Source of the DNA: Candidatus Moraniibacteriota bacterium
Lineage (GTDB): Bacteria; Patescibacteriota; Minisyncoccia; Moranbacterales; UBA2206
Assembly: GCA_026396205.1 (NCBI GenBank)
Contig: JAPLXF010000058.1
Span: 1 to 39,207 of the forward strand
DNA: 39,207 bases
Direction: 5' to 3'
Shown in pieces: positions 32,760 to 39,207 of the stretch (position 1 is its first letter; each line of letters begins with the position of its first letter). Under the pieces are notes generated by a model. That model was given only the letters and a program-made list of their open reading frames with translations, searched no databases and had not been told where the DNA came from. The position numbers were made by a program, and so were the translations under genes.

Positions 32760-33143
32760 CTATAAAAAGATATTCCGAATGTGCTTTATTTTAGCCATTT
32801 TTTTGTTATTGTCAAGCCAAACGGAAATGGCATCAAAGCGATAGCTGGCGTCCAGCAGGCGGTTTTGGTAGAGATATTGGTTGGCAATTTTGGAAAGCTT
32901 GTGCAATTTGGCGCGAGTTATGTTTTCTTCCGGCAAAGTGTTTTGGTAAGTGGAAAAATTTCGGGTTTTCACTTCGACAAAAACAAACTCGTTTTTATCT
33001 TGGGCGATAATATCAATTTCTCCCAATCTTCTCCCGAAACGGTTTTTATAATTCATCTCGATAATTTTCAAACCGTTGCGCTTTAAAAAATCAGCGGCCA
33101 CTTCTTCGCCAAGTTGGCCAACGGTGCTTTTTAAATTCGGCAT
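32760..33143 (-). CDS. yraN: YraN-family (UPF0102) endonuclease-like protein
   Basis: GEEVAADFLKRNGLKIIEMNY..GEIDIIAQDKNEFVFVEVKTR is the family signature. Confidence 0.85.
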   Translation of the reverse strand: MPNLKSTVGQLGEEVAADFLKRNGLKIIEMNYKNRFGRRLGEIDIIAQDKNEFVFVEVKTRNFSTYQNTLPEENITRAKLHKLSKIANQYLYQNRLLDASYRFDAISVWLDNNKKMAKIKHIRNIFL

Positions 33144-33250
33144 AATCTTTACTAATTACTAATCATTACTAATATACTAATTTATAATATTAGTAATTCG
33201 TATATTCGTAAAGATTCGCCTGCCTGCCGGCAGGTAGGTAATTCGTAGAG
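33144..33250. repeat. word arrays (actaatt / attcgta) plus CCTGCCTGCCGGCAGGTAGG palindrome, copy 3
   Basis: Palindrome at 33219..33238, flanked by attcg words on both sides. Upstream, ttactaatat pairs with atattagtaa. Confidence 0.75.
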
Positions 33251-33629
33251 GAAACAAAAAACACCCTCAAGCGGTGTAAAATTTTTTTAGAAGTAGGCCG
33301 CACGAATAGCCAATTAAGAAAAAATATAGCCTAGTGCGGGCCCACTTCTTAGAACATATGTCAATATTTTATATATATTATTTTCGTCCGGGTGAGAGAC
33401 AAATTTAATAATTTTTATAAAATATGATTTTACGTATGTCCGTAACATTCTTCTGACTTGAATGTTTTTCTCCAACCATTCTCTGGTTTTAAACCTTTTA
33501 GTTAAAGAGCTAGCTTTTTATATTTTTTTTGTTTTTATAAAAAGATTTTGTTTTTGTTTTTAGGGTCCATATTAGTCAGAAATAATATGGCGATTATTAG
33601 ATGTTACTAATAATGCTTGAACAGCAGGA

Positions 33630-33672
33630 GAGTTTTCAATCGCAAATAGGGGGAAATTGCGATTGAAAACTC
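33630..33672. other. perfect 16-bp stem-loop in the long non-coding gap
   Basis: gagttttcaatcgcaa (33630..33645) pairs with ttgcgattgaaaactc (33657..33672), with an 11-nt loop atagggggaaa. No U-tract follows on either strand. Confidence 0.7.
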
Positions 33673-33714
33673 CTACGCCGTTCCTGAATATTTTCTTTTC
33701 AATTTACTGATTCT

Positions 33715-33743
33715 ATTATAGCAAAAAAATAGGCTAAAGTCAA
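33715..33743 (-). promoter_or_regulatory. near-consensus sigma70 promoter firing leftward into the non-coding gap
   Basis: The minus strand reads TTGACT (33743..33738), a 17-nt spacer, then TATAAT (33720..33715). The nearest downstream annotated start on that strand (yraN, 33143) is about 570 nt away. Confidence 0.5.
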
Positions 33744-33893
33744 TCAAAAAAACGAAAATGGCTTTAATAAAGCTTATCTGGTTTTTTAAATTAGCAACCC
33801 TCTATTTCATAATTTCCCCTGATTTGAAAAGTGAGTTACTTTTTCAGCTTAAAATGGAACAAAATTGTTTTTTTAAAACAAGTTATCCACAGT

Positions 33894-35105
33894 TTATTGG
33901 ATGCTGATGGCGCTTTCCGGCTGAACTCCCGTTCCGGTTGCGGCATTGCCTGTGGTTCCGACTCCCATATTGGAACTTTCGTTTGTAACGGCCGGTGTTG
34001 CCGCGGTATGGCTGGCGACATAATCATAAATCGATAGCAGTGTCTGCAGGGTGGTTCCCAGATACAGTTTTTTCTGGCTAATTCCGTAATCAATGGAAAG
34101 CTGGTATTTGTTGATGATATTGAAAAATCTGGTTGGCATTCCCCGGTAGGAATTATCAGCGAAAACTATCGGTTTTTCAGCCAGCGAATATTCCGAAGTG
34201 GGAAAGATCGGAGAAAAATCTTTAGGCAGATTGATTTCTTCGGCGGCCAGATCGATTTTAAGTTTAACTTCATCTTTGGCATCAACAGCTATGCCTACAG
34301 CCGGAGAAGTTCCGTCATTGAAAATAAAAAAGCTGAAACTGGCGGACAGATTGGAAAGAATATTTTCCGGCAAAGCAATGCCGAAAATGTTGGCAAAAGC
34401 CTGGAACTCAATCGGATTGTTGCTGGAATCCACGACAGAAAATTCTATAGGCGTGGCTATTTTGGATTCTATCACCTCGCTTATTTTTTTTCTTAAAGTT
34501 TCCTTGGCAGTTGATATTTCAACATCCAGAACCAGATAGTTGGGTTTATCGGTTTCAAATTTGGGCAGCGGTTTGACAACGGGCGGAGCAACCGGTGGCG
34601 GAGTTACTGTTTCTTGGGATTTGGTCATCCAGAAATAATAGCCTCCGCCGGCAATCATAACTATAATCAAAGCAATTCCGGCTATAATAAAGGACTTTCC
34701 TAGGCTTATTTTCTCAATTTTTTCTTCCGGTAGGCCCTTAAAAATCTGCCCGGACGGGCTTCCCGGCTGAAAAGGATTTATCACCTGCGGACCGGTCTTG
34801 GAGATATTTGGTTGAGGAGAAGCAGTTTGGGGTTCGCTGAATATTTTTTGCTGGGGAGTAAATTTGAAAAAGGGGTTGTTTTTAATATTTTCATTCCCTC
34901 CGCCATTAAAAACAGCTGCCGACGGCTTTACTTGAACCGGAGCCGGCTTAGCCTCTTCTTGAGGTTTTACTTTTCCGGAGATTTCGTCCAAATCCCTTTG
35001 CATAGTATGAATGGGGATATTTTCTATTTCCGATTGGATATTGGCTGTTGGCTTTTGATTGGCACTGGAAGAAACCCCACTTGTTTTATTTCCAAAATTA
35101 AACAT
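33894..35105 (-). CDS. hypothetical single-pass membrane protein
   Basis: 403 aa. The N-terminal roughly 140 aa are disordered (IHTMQRDLDEI motif, Pro/Gln-rich). One TM helix (FIIAGIALIIVMIAGGGYYFW) is followed by a C-terminal extracytoplasmic domain ending in a Gly/Thr-rich tail. Confidence 0.75.
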   Translation of the reverse strand: MFNFGNKTSGVSSSANQKPTANIQSEIENIPIHTMQRDLDEISGKVKPQEEAKPAPVQVKPSAAVFNGGGNENIKNNPFFKFTPQQKIFSEPQTASPQPNISKTGPQVINPFQPGSPSGQIFKGLPEEKIEKISLGKSFIIAGIALIIVMIAGGGYYFWMTKSQETVTPPPVAPPVVKPLPKFETDKPNYLVLDVEISTAKETLRKKISEVIESKIATPIEFSVVDSSNNPIEFQAFANIFGIALPENILSNLSASFSFFIFNDGTSPAVGIAVDAKDEVKLKIDLAAEEINLPKDFSPIFPTSEYSLAEKPIVFADNSYRGMPTRFFNIINKYQLSIDYGISQKKLYLGTTLQTLLSIYDYVASHTAATPAVTNESSNMGVGTTGNAATGTGVQPESAISIQ

Positions 35106-35148
35106 TTTTTTTGGGCGCAGAATAAATCTGCAAAAATAAAAATAAATT

Positions 35149-35171
35149 AGAGACAGTGGTTAACTGTCTCT
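35149..35171 (-). terminator. Rho-independent terminator downstream of pnp
   Basis: agagacag-tggttaa-ctgtctct. On the minus strand the hairpin is followed by aatttatttttattttt. Confidence 0.55.
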
Positions 35172-35203
35172 ATTTTACAACAAAATGTTTTTATCGTCCA
35201 TGC

Positions 35204-35280
35204 CCCCACACCAATTTATGCTAATAACCAATTGAGGTTATTTTTGGCGTGGGGATATATTTTTTGAAATTGGTGTGGGG
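35204..35280. repeat. 14-bp perfect inverted repeat just 3' of pnp
   Basis: ccccacaccaattt (35204..35217) pairs with aaattggtgtgggg (35267..35280). An inner hairpin ataacc-aattga-ggttat is also present. The repeat starts 11 nt after the pnp stop. Confidence 0.65.
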
Positions 35281-35291
35281 CAAGCCCAAAA

Positions 35292-37409
35292 TTATTTTAC
35301 GGCGGTTTTCATAGAAAGATTTATTCGGCCTTGGGAGTCAATTTCCCTGACTTTGACCGGAACCACATCGCCGACTTTTAAAACATCTTCTACGCGTTCA
35401 ACCCGGTGGTTGGCCATTTCGGAAATATGGATCAAACCTTCTTGACCAGGTAGAATTTCCGCAAAAGCGCCAAAAGTCATCAAACGGGTAACTTTAGCAT
35501 TGAATATTTCTCCGGCTTTGACTTCATGTGTCAGATTGTCAATCCATTTTTGGGCTTTTTTGGCCGATTCTTCATTGGGCGAAGTGATAAAAACGGAGCC
35601 GTCGTCTTCAATATCGATCTGGACGCCGGTTTCATCGATAATTTCATTGATAATCTTACCGCCGCTGCCGATAACATTCCTGATTTTATCCGGATGGATC
35701 TTCATAATGATGATTCTGGGCGCGTATTGGGACATTTCGGTTCTCGGGGCGGGAATGGCGGCTTTAATTTTTTCAATAATTTCCAGACGGTTTTTATGAG
35801 ATTGTTCCAAAACGGCTTTCAGCATTTCCAAAGTTACGCCGTCCACTTTCACATCCATTTGCAGCGCTGTTATACCATTTTCGCTGCCAGCCGCTTTAAA
35901 ATCCATATCGCCGTAATGATCTTCTAATCCCTGAATATCCGTAAGGACTTTAAATTTCTGTTCTTTGTTCTCTATTCCAGGTTGATTGATTATGATTCCC
36001 ATAGCGATTCCGGAAACCGGCCTTTTAATTGGTACTCCGGCGTCCATTAACGAAAGAGTGGAACCGCAAGTAGAAGCCATGGAAGATGAACCATTGGAGG
36101 AAAGAATTTCAGAAACTAATAAAATAGTGTAGGGAAATTCATCTTTGGATGGCAAAACCGGCACCAAGGCTTTTTCAGCCAAGGCGCCGTGGCCGATTTC
36201 GCGCCGGCCCGGCCCGCGCATCGGTTTGATTTCACCCACCGAAAACGGCGGGAAATTATAATGATGAATATATCTTTTTTTGATATCAACTTCCATCGTA
36301 TCGATAATCTGTTCGTCGCCGGGAGAGCCCAAGGTGGTAATAGTCAGCGCTTGAGTTTCACCGCGGGTAAAAAGAGCGGAGCCGTGAGTTCTGGGCAAAA
36401 GTCCGGTCCGACATTCAATTTGCCTGATTTCGTCCAGTTTTCGGCCATCGGGACGCTGCTCTTTTTCCAGAATATTTTTATGCACGATTTCGTCGGAAAC
36501 TTCTTCAAAAATTTGTTCCGCCACTTCTTTGATTTTTTCCGCTTCGCTAGCGTAATTTTCCAAAATAAAAGCCTCAACCTTTTCTTTGATAGCGGCAGTT
36601 TTAGCTTCAATGACCAACTTATCTTTGTCGTAAAGCGCTTCAGCAATGCCTTCTTTCAAGAAAATTTCCTTTATCTTGGCCTCAATTTCCGGGTCAGCCG
36701 CCAGTAAAGCCGGCTCGGCCTTTTCTTTACCGACTTCTTTTTGGATATCAGCGATAAAGCTGGCAATTTTTTTAATGGCTTCAAAACCGAAAGCAAAAGC
36801 CTCTAGCATTTCGGCTTCGGACACTTCATTGGCGCCGGCTTCCAGCATATTTATGTTGTCTTCTGTTCCGGAAATAGTCAGATCCAATCGGCTGTCGGCA
36901 ATATCGCCGTTGACCGGATTTAAAATAAATTCTTCTTTGACTTTTCCAACTTTAACCGCGGCTACCGGCCCGTTCCATGGAATATTGGAAATGGAAAGCG
37001 CGGCGGAAGCGGCGATAACCGCCAAGGTTGAAGGATCGTTTTCTCCATCATAAGAAAGAACGGTAGTAACTACCTGAACATCATTCCGCATGCGGCCGTT
37101 AAAAAGCGGGCGGATGGTCCGGTCTACGATTCGTCCGGAAAGAATGGCGTCATCCGACGGGCGGCCATCTCTTTTGATAAATTTGGAGCCTTTGATTTTG
37201 CCGGCAGCGTAGTATCTTTCTTCAAAGTCCACCATTAACGGGAAATAACCGCTGATTCGGGAAGCGGATTGGCTCATGACGGCGGCGGCTAAAACCACCG
37301 TATCACCGTAGCGGGCGGTTACAGAACCATTGGCCTGTCCGGCCAAAAGTCCGGTCTCAATTTCCAAAACCCTTCCTCCGATCTGGAGAGACCATTTTTT
37401 TTGTTCCAT
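35292..37409 (-). CDS. pnp: polyribonucleotide nucleotidyltransferase (PNPase)
   Basis: 705 aa with two RNase PH domains, a KH domain (IRNVIGSGGKIINEI) and an S1 domain (GEIFNAKVTRLMTFGAFAEILPGQEGLIHISE). Confidence 0.95.
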   Translation of the reverse strand: MEQKKWSLQIGGRVLEIETGLLAGQANGSVTARYGDTVVLAAAVMSQSASRISGYFPLMVDFEERYYAAGKIKGSKFIKRDGRPSDDAILSGRIVDRTIRPLFNGRMRNDVQVVTTVLSYDGENDPSTLAVIAASAALSISNIPWNGPVAAVKVGKVKEEFILNPVNGDIADSRLDLTISGTEDNINMLEAGANEVSEAEMLEAFAFGFEAIKKIASFIADIQKEVGKEKAEPALLAADPEIEAKIKEIFLKEGIAEALYDKDKLVIEAKTAAIKEKVEAFILENYASEAEKIKEVAEQIFEEVSDEIVHKNILEKEQRPDGRKLDEIRQIECRTGLLPRTHGSALFTRGETQALTITTLGSPGDEQIIDTMEVDIKKRYIHHYNFPPFSVGEIKPMRGPGRREIGHGALAEKALVPVLPSKDEFPYTILLVSEILSSNGSSSMASTCGSTLSLMDAGVPIKRPVSGIAMGIIINQPGIENKEQKFKVLTDIQGLEDHYGDMDFKAAGSENGITALQMDVKVDGVTLEMLKAVLEQSHKNRLEIIEKIKAAIPAPRTEMSQYAPRIIIMKIHPDKIRNVIGSGGKIINEIIDETGVQIDIEDDGSVFITSPNEESAKKAQKWIDNLTHEVKAGEIFNAKVTRLMTFGAFAEILPGQEGLIHISEMANHRVERVEDVLKVGDVVPVKVREIDSQGRINLSMKTAVK

Positions 37410-37413
37410 AAGA

Positions 37414-37482
37414 ACGTATTAGCCTTGCGCTAATGACGTTACAAACACGATAATAAGCTCAATTTTTGAGTTCATTATTGTG
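37414..37482 (-). promoter_or_regulatory. structured pnp 5' leader (two hairpins)
   Basis: acgt-attagc-cttgc-gctaat-g-acgt (37414..37439), and an imperfect hairpin cacgataataagctca/tgagttcattattgtg (37446..37482). They start 5 nt upstream of the pnp ATG. Confidence 0.35.
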
Positions 37483-37567
37483 TCTCCGACGCACTAACAA
37501 AGGCTTTATTTATTGAATTATTAAACTGGATTGATTTTAGCTTATTTAATAAAATTTGTCAATAAAA

Positions 37568-37597
37568 AAGGCAGCGCTTATTATTAGTCGCTGCCTT
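37568..37597 (-). terminator. Rho-independent terminator after the small Cys-containing ORF
   Basis: aaggcagcg-cttattattagt-cgctgcctt. T-runs follow on both strands (ttttttattgac on minus, attcgttttttt on plus). Confidence 0.6.
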
Positions 37598-37616
37598 ATT
37601 CGTTTTTTTATTGGAC

Positions 37617-37784
37617 TTATGTGACAGTCCATTTTATTTCTTTGGCGGTTCCGCCGTAATTGCATAAAATAGCCGTGGTTTGTTCGGCAATGCCGCCGTG
37701 AAAGGGACATTTCATGTAATCTCCTACCGGAAGTAATTTATCTTCCTTTTTTTCATTGAGCAATTTTGGACACTCAACGGGCAT
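37617..37784 (-). CDS. small (55 aa) Cys/His-containing hypothetical protein
   Basis: Not in the ORF track. AAAGGAGAAGGAAC precedes the ATG (37784). It reads MPVECPKLLNEKKEDKLLPVGDYMKCPFHGGIAEQTTAILCNYGGTAKEIKWTVT and is followed by a terminator. It lies downstream of fabH. Confidence 0.55.
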   Translation of the reverse strand: MPVECPKLLNEKKEDKLLPVGDYMKCPFHGGIAEQTTAILCNYGGTAKEIKWTVT

Positions 37785-37850
37785 GTTCCTTCTCCTTTGA
37801 AATGATTGTGAAATAAGAATAGCATCTACATTTTAGTTTGTTGCAGGAGT

Positions 37851-38798
37851 TTACCACCGTACTATTGCCGCGCCCCATGTCAGGCCTGCGCCGAAAGCGG
37901 TAAAAAGTAAAACATCATTCGGGCTTATGCGATCCTTCTCGTAGGCTTCTCGAAGGGCTATGGGTATTGTCGCGGATGACATATTTCCATATTTTTCTAT
38001 ATTTATGAAAATATTTTTAATGGGAATTTCCATCTTTTCAGCCACCATCAGAATGATTCTTTTGTTGGCTTGATGGGGAATGACCAGCTTGATATCGTCC
38101 TTTTTCAGCCTGGCCATTTTCAGAACAGTTTCGGAAGCTTGAACCATTCCTCTTATGGCCGGCTCATAAATCCTGTTTCCATACATCCTAAGCAGTTCTT
38201 CTCCATTGGGCATCTTTTGACAAAAAAGAAGACTGCCCTTTTTGCCATCGGAAAAAAGTTTGGTGGCGATTATTCCCCTGCCTTTTTCTTCGGTAGCTTC
38301 TAAAACAACAGCGCCAGCTCCATCTCCAAAAAGAATGCAAGTTGACCTGTCGGTATAATCTGTTATATCTGACAATTTTTCTGCGCCGACAAGCAGAATT
38401 TTTTTGTAGATGCCACTGCGGATATAAGCAGCTGCCATTTCAAGCCCTTGGATAAAACCGGTGCAGCCGGAATTAATATCGACAGCTGAAGCATTTATAG
38501 CTCCGATTTTATCTTGAATTTGGCAAGCACAGCTGGGGAAGTGATAATCTCCCCTGACTGTGGCAACGATTATATGGTCAAGCGCACTGGCTTTTAAGCC
38601 GTTGTCCTCCAAGGCTTCTTTGGCCGCTTTCGCTCCCATATCTGAGGGCGTTTCAAACCATGCAAGCCGTCTTTCCTTTATCCCCGTCATTTCAACAATC
38701 CGTTTATTCGTTGTGTCTACCATCTTTTCCAAGTCTTGATTGGTAAGAATGGTTGGCGGCAAATATTTTCCTACTCCTGTAATTCTGGCGTTTAGCAT
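37851..38798 (-). CDS. fabH: 3-oxoacyl-ACP synthase III (KAS III family)
   Basis: 315 aa with the catalytic triad contexts NSGCTGFIQG, PHQANKRI and GNMSSATIP. Confidence 0.9.
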   Translation of the reverse strand: MLNARITGVGKYLPPTILTNQDLEKMVDTTNKRIVEMTGIKERRLAWFETPSDMGAKAAKEALEDNGLKASALDHIIVATVRGDYHFPSCACQIQDKIGAINASAVDINSGCTGFIQGLEMAAAYIRSGIYKKILLVGAEKLSDITDYTDRSTCILFGDGAGAVVLEATEEKGRGIIATKLFSDGKKGSLLFCQKMPNGEELLRMYGNRIYEPAIRGMVQASETVLKMARLKKDDIKLVIPHQANKRIILMVAEKMEIPIKNIFINIEKYGNMSSATIPIALREAYEKDRISPNDVLLFTAFGAGLTWGAAIVRW

Positions 38799-38886
38799 AT
38801 AGCTCTCCTTTGTAAAAGTGCATTTATATTTTGTTCCAATTTTTGTTTATTTTGAGTTTAAGAAACCTTAGCTTAATTCGGATTTT

Positions 38887-38923
38887 TTGTCAATTTGACA
38901 AAGCCCAAACTGTGTTTTAGAAT
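38887..38923. promoter_or_regulatory. 15-bp perfect palindrome providing back-to-back -35 boxes for divergent promoters
   Basis: ttgtcaatttgacaa (38887..38901). Plus strand: TTGACA (38895..38900), 17 nt, TAGAAT (38918..38923). Minus strand: TTGACA, 17 nt, TAAGGT, directed toward fabH. Confidence 0.45.
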
Positions 38924-38982
38924 CAGTTATTCTTTAATAATCGAATATAAACTAAAAACCTCTTTCATAAAGGAGACAGACA

Positions 38983-39207
38983 ATGAGAAAGTCCATAATT
39001 TCAGTACTAATAATGTTTTTATTGATTATTTCCAGCACCATTGCTCAAGGCGACATATTTGTCAGAAAAATTGATAATTCCTATCAAATCGAAAAACGGG
39101 ATATAATCGCCATTATTCCGCAACTTCCCAAAAACATTCAATTCAACAAAGAAACAGAAGAAAAAATAATCGAGCTGTATATGGGAACAATCAAATCCTA
39201 TGTCGCG
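38983..39207 (+). CDS. hypothetical secreted protein, 5' part (runs off right edge)
   Basis: AAGGAG lies 8 nt upstream. MRKSIISVLIMFLLIISSTIAQG is a signal peptide. The frame is open for 75 codons to the window end. Confidence 0.65.
   Translation, partial: MRKSIISVLIMFLLIISSTIAQGDIFVRKIDNSYQIEKRDIIAIIPQLPKNIQFNKETEEKIIELYMGTIKSYVA

Noticed and set aside
33144-33893. Known structured RNAs (RNase P RNA, tmRNA, SRP RNA, 6S RNA, tRNA) in the long gap.
   Set aside because: I looked on both strands for the RNase P P4 motif (GGAAAGTCCGG-like), a tRNA-like GGTTCGAATCC end, the SRP GGAAGCAG motif and a cloverleaf, and found none. By-eye search is weak, so a covariance-model scan is still needed.
1-39207. 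Mobile genetic element or prophage signatures (integrase, transposase, relaxase, tRNA attachment site) that would make the T4SS-like block an integrative conjugative element.
   Set aside because: I recognised none in any frame. The block is flanked by ordinary envelope and housekeeping genes, and I saw no long direct repeats at its edges.

Overview
This is an AT-rich, tightly packed window. By gene content and repeat style (inference) it looks like the replication-origin region of a small-genome Patescibacteria/CPR-type bacterium, and the standard genetic code gives full-length conserved proteins. All calls come from reading motifs by eye; no database search was run.

- **Origin region, 1-4.8 kb:** dnaN-dnaA on the minus strand diverge from rpmH-rnpA-yidC-jag on the plus strand. 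DnaA boxes and an AT-rich tract lie in the dnaA-dnaN spacer.
- **Envelope glycan locus, 4.9-10.4 kb:** a flippase, two GT2 glycosyltransferases and two O-antigen-ligase-like proteins.
- **Main candidate system, 10.4-26.4 kb:** a 12-gene, co-directional, partly overlapping minus-strand block.
  - It has a Gram-positive/CPR-style type IV secretion-like core: a PrgI/VirB3-like protein, a VirB4 ATPase, a VirB6/TcpH-like polytopic protein and a VirB2-like pilin.
  - It also has many components I cannot assign. These include a 1041-aa surface protein, a pilin fused to a possible LAS/M15-type peptidase domain, a CPBP-like protein and a TolB-like propeller.
  - No coupling protein, relaxase or VirB11 is visible.
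  - virB4 is broken at three places and seems to lack Walker B.
  - An Avd/23S-IVS-type four-helix-bundle gene sits inside the block, bracketed by inverted arrays of a 7-nt repeat.
- **Housekeeping genes, 26.5-39.2 kb:** a UbiA-family fusion, rsmA, a G5/RlpA protein, comM/yifB, lspA, a dksA-like gene, yraN, pnp and fabH.
- **Repeats and non-coding DNA:** at least five families of small structured repeats are present, and several are inserted in frame in rsmA, lspA and a cluster gene. A 750-nt non-coding gap carries a consensus promoter and long hairpins.
- **Not found:** rRNA, tRNA, CRISPR, transposase or integrase.
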